Program-made: the position numbers and the translations under genes
Part shown: one piece after another, positions 61,084-64,000 of the stretch
How positions within the stretch are numbered: position 1 is the first letter of the stretch
Layout: the number at the start of each line of letters is the position of its first letter
Source of the DNA: Octopus sinensis
Taxonomy: Eukaryota
Length of the DNA: 64,000 nt
Reading direction: 5' to 3'
NCBI RefSeq assembly: GCF_006345805.1
Contig: NC_043014.1
Coordinates: forward strand, 40,858,001-40,922,000
The notes under the pieces: model-generated
Databases searched by the model: none
What the model was told of the DNA's origin: nothing
The model's input: the letters and a program-made list of their open reading frames with translations, nothing else

Positions 61084-61630
61084 TACACACACACACACTT
61101 TCTCTCACACACACTCTTTCTCTCTTGCTCACACACACACACACACTCTTTCTCTCTCACACACTCTCTCTCTCTCTCGCTCACACACACACATACTCTC
61201 TTGCTCACACACTCTCACACACACACTCCCTCACTCACACACACACACTCTCTTTCTCTCTCACACACACTCTCTTTCTCTCTCTCTCTCTCTCGCTCAC
61301 ACACACACTCTCTTTCTTGCTCACGCACACTCTTTCTCTCTCTCACACACACACTCTCTCTCTCACACATACACACTCTCTTTGTTGCTCACATACACTC
61401 TCTTTCTCTCTCTCTCTCTCACACACACTCTCTCACACACACACACACACTCTCTCTCACACACACTCTCTTTCTCTCTCTCTCCCTCACACACACACAC
61501 TCTCTCACACACACTCTTTCTCTCTCTCCCTCACACACACACACACTCTTTCTCTCTCTCTCTCTCTCACACTCACACATACATACACACACACTCTCTC
61601 TCTCTCACACACACACACTCTCACTCATTC
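61084..61630. repeat. Long compound (CA)n/(CT)n microsatellite
   Basis: About 550 bp of alternating CA and CT blocks. Confidence 0.95.
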
Positions 61631-61827
61631 ACTTTTCTCCTATAGTTGACATGCTATCCAAGCCAGGTTTACTAATAAAGGGAGTTAATTAGAATTTATT
61701 TTCAATAATTTCTATTGTCTGCTGTAATTATATTACAGAATGTTAGATACAGCAAAATTCACTCTTCTCACTCTGACAACAGAATCACTGTTCTTTTTTC
61801 TTTTCAGTAGTCATTGTACCATCTCCC

Positions 61828-61861
<34 letters not shown>

Positions 61862-62154
61862 ATAAAATTTCTCATACAGGATACAGTGAACTTAAAGATG
61901 TATCCCCACAATATTTATTTTAAAATTCCTCTTAATTTTAATTATAATCATTCACCAACTCAGCCGCTCTTACTATCACACATCTTAAATCAATCAATGT
62001 CTTATTAATTATCACATTGATTTAAGAAAACAAAAACCTGTAAAGAGGACATAATCAGTGAAAGGACAAGAAAATCGAACACTTTGCATTTTCCCCACAC
62101 TTTTCAACAATGCACAGTATTGATTTACTGCCACAAAAGTTTTTGTTTACAGTT

Positions 62155-62560
62155 AGGCGCAGGAGTGGCTGTGTGGTAAGTAGCTTGCTAACCAGCCACA
62201 TGGTTCCGGGTTCAGTCCCACTGCGTGGCACCTTGGGCAAGTGTCTTCTGCTATAGCCCCGGGCCGACCAATGCCTTGTGAGTGGATTTGGTAGACGGAA
62301 AGTGAAAGAAGCCTGTCATATATATGTATATATATATGTATGTGTTTGTGTGTCTGTGTTTGTCCCCCTAGCATTGCCTGACAACCGATGCTGGTGTGTT
62401 TACGTCCCCATCACTTAGCGGTTCGGCAAAAGAGACCGATAGAATAAGTACTGGGCTTACAAAGAATAAGTCCCGGGGTCGATTTGCTCGACTAAAGGTG
62501 GTGCTCCAGCATGGCCACAGTCAAATGACTGAAACAAGTAAAAGAGTGAAGAGTAAAGAG
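62155..62560 (+). mobile_element. SINE family A
   Basis: Full forward copy. Confidence 0.9.
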
Positions 62561-62691
62561 TTAAATCTATCTGTTGATATTGAGCCTTTTTCTTTCATCA
62601 ATATCCCACACATTTTCTATAAAATTTACTTGCAAAATTCATTGATGAAATACTACGAGTGAGTACGTATGATGTCTCTGTCTCAGGGTAT

Positions 62692-63076
62692 TACTCTCTT
62701 TTACTCTTTTACTCGTTTCAGTCTTTTGACTGCGGCCATGCTGGAGCACCGCCTTTAATCGAGCAAATCGACCCCGGGACTTATTCTTTTGTAAGCCCAG
62801 TACTTATTCTATCGGTCTCTTTTTGCCGAACCGCTAAGTAACGGGGACATAAACACACCAGCATCGGTTGTCAAGCAATGCTAGTGGGACAAACACAGAC
62901 ACACACATACATATATATATATATATAAACATATATACGACAGGCTTCTTTCAGTTTCCGTCTGCCAAATCCACTCACAAGGCATTGTTCGGCCCGGGGC
63001 TATAGCAGAAGACACTTGCCCAAGATGCCACGCAGTGGGACTGAACCCAGAACCATGTGGTTGGTTAGCAAGCTAC
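62692..63076 (-). mobile_element. SINE family A, head clipped
   Basis: Reverse copy, tail-to-tail with 62155-62560; ends at CAAGCTACT where the next element begins. Confidence 0.88.
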
Positions 63077-63445
63077 TAGCACTATGACCCGGCAATGCTG
63101 GGTCATAGTGCTAACGCATGCATATATAGCTCCGTGCATGCACACATACGTGCGAGTACTGTCCAAATCCCCAACCAATCACATACAGCTAGCTGGCGTT
63201 CAATTGGCGTATCAAGTTTCGGGCATGTTGATTGGGTTTTGGATAGAAAATTCACAAAAAAACACTTCTATTGATTTTTTAATGGCTTTGCAGGGTGACT
63301 GGGGAAATGTAAAGATGTGCATGAACACCCTTGGACATTTTTGAATGACCATAGAAAGAGCGAGCCCTCTAACTGAAAAATTGTGGATTTGTATAAAGGA
63401 CACGCACACACACACAGACATTTTGCCATTTATATATATAGAGAT
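63075..63445 (+). mobile_element. Helitron/Helentron-like non-autonomous element
   Basis: ACTAGC start inside an 18-bp-arm hairpin (63077-63113); acacacagac..TTTATATATATAGAGAT end. Confidence 0.65.
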
Positions 63446-64000
63446 TACTGGAAGCCCAAACTGAAAGCACTGGGATTTTTTTTTTATAGGTTCAGGTATG
63501 GCTGTGTGGTTAAGAGACTTGCTTTGCTTTCACATGGTTTCAGGTTCAGTCCCACTGCAACAACACTTCAGGCTAGTGTCTAGTCTAGTGTCCTCTACTT
63601 TAACTGTGGGCTGCCCAGTGCCTTGTTAGTAATTTTGGTAGAAAGAAGCCTGCTGTGTATGTGTGTGTGTGTGTGTATAGCACCTGTTTCCTCAGGCTAG
63701 TAAGAATCCAGATTCTTACCAGCCTAAGAAATTTGAAATAGTATGGAATCTGAATCAAACTGTTTTGAATAGCGGTTGGCTACACTCTCAGAGTGGTTGG
63801 CGTTGGAGATAATTGGCATATTTTTTTTAATATACCTTTTCAAAGGCGGTGCTCCAGCAAGGCCACAATCAAATGACTGAAACAAGTAAAAGAGTAAGTA
63901 TCATAAAAGCATGATACTATTAGCAGCTCTTTCGGTTGTGTATTTAAATTGATACACACACAGACACAGACACACACACGGTGCACTTGCTTACATTTCC

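Noticed and set aside
61008-61692. Longest ORFs in the track (213 and 208 aa, His/Thr/Leu/Ser-rich)
   Set aside because: Translation of a CA/CT microsatellite that simply lacks stop codons.
61739-61810. Possible last MPPE1 exon after tattacAG
   Set aside because: Translates NVRYSKIHSSHSDNRITVLFSFQ*, lacking the expected SKCxLPxE and transmembrane segment.

Overview
AT-rich, microsatellite- and SINE-saturated eukaryotic DNA. The repeat families look like those of octopod cephalopods (Octopus sp.); this is recognition from memory, not a database match. The only host gene I can support is MPPE1/PGAP5 (Cdc1-family metallophosphoesterase, GPI remodelling) on the + strand. Six internal coding exons (18452-18522, 22730-22871, 35850-36036, 40458-40532, 44725-44847, 59178-59318) have AG/GT ends and consistent phases, and splice into one open frame of 739 nt carrying the GDxxD, GNHD, HxP and GHxH motifs. 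The first (DxH-motif) exon and the last exon were not found. Everything else is intronic or flanking mobile DNA. Working labels used below: family A = tRNA-headed SINE with internal (TA)n/(TG)n and an (AGTAAAAG)n tail; family B = tRNA-headed SINE with a GTCGACTTTGCCTTTCATCC core; family C = element with variable 5' tandem repeats, a GGAAGGGCATCC motif and a (GAT)n tail; families D/E = other tRNA-headed SINEs; family F = 575-bp element bounded by (AAT)n. Also present are CR1 and RTE LINE fragments, a deleted mariner, several MITE families and non-autonomous Helitron/Helentron-like elements. Most notable observations: (1) a tRNA-headed short element carrying a minimal hammerhead-ribozyme motif, inserted as a zero-spacer head-to-head palindrome inside a single 15-bp target-site duplication (58542-59091); (2) family B SINEs inserted as dimers and trimers with one fixed junction and a TSD around the whole multimer; (3) a 169-bp SINE-head satellite. 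Repeat boundaries are hand-read and approximate unless a TSD or TIR is quoted.
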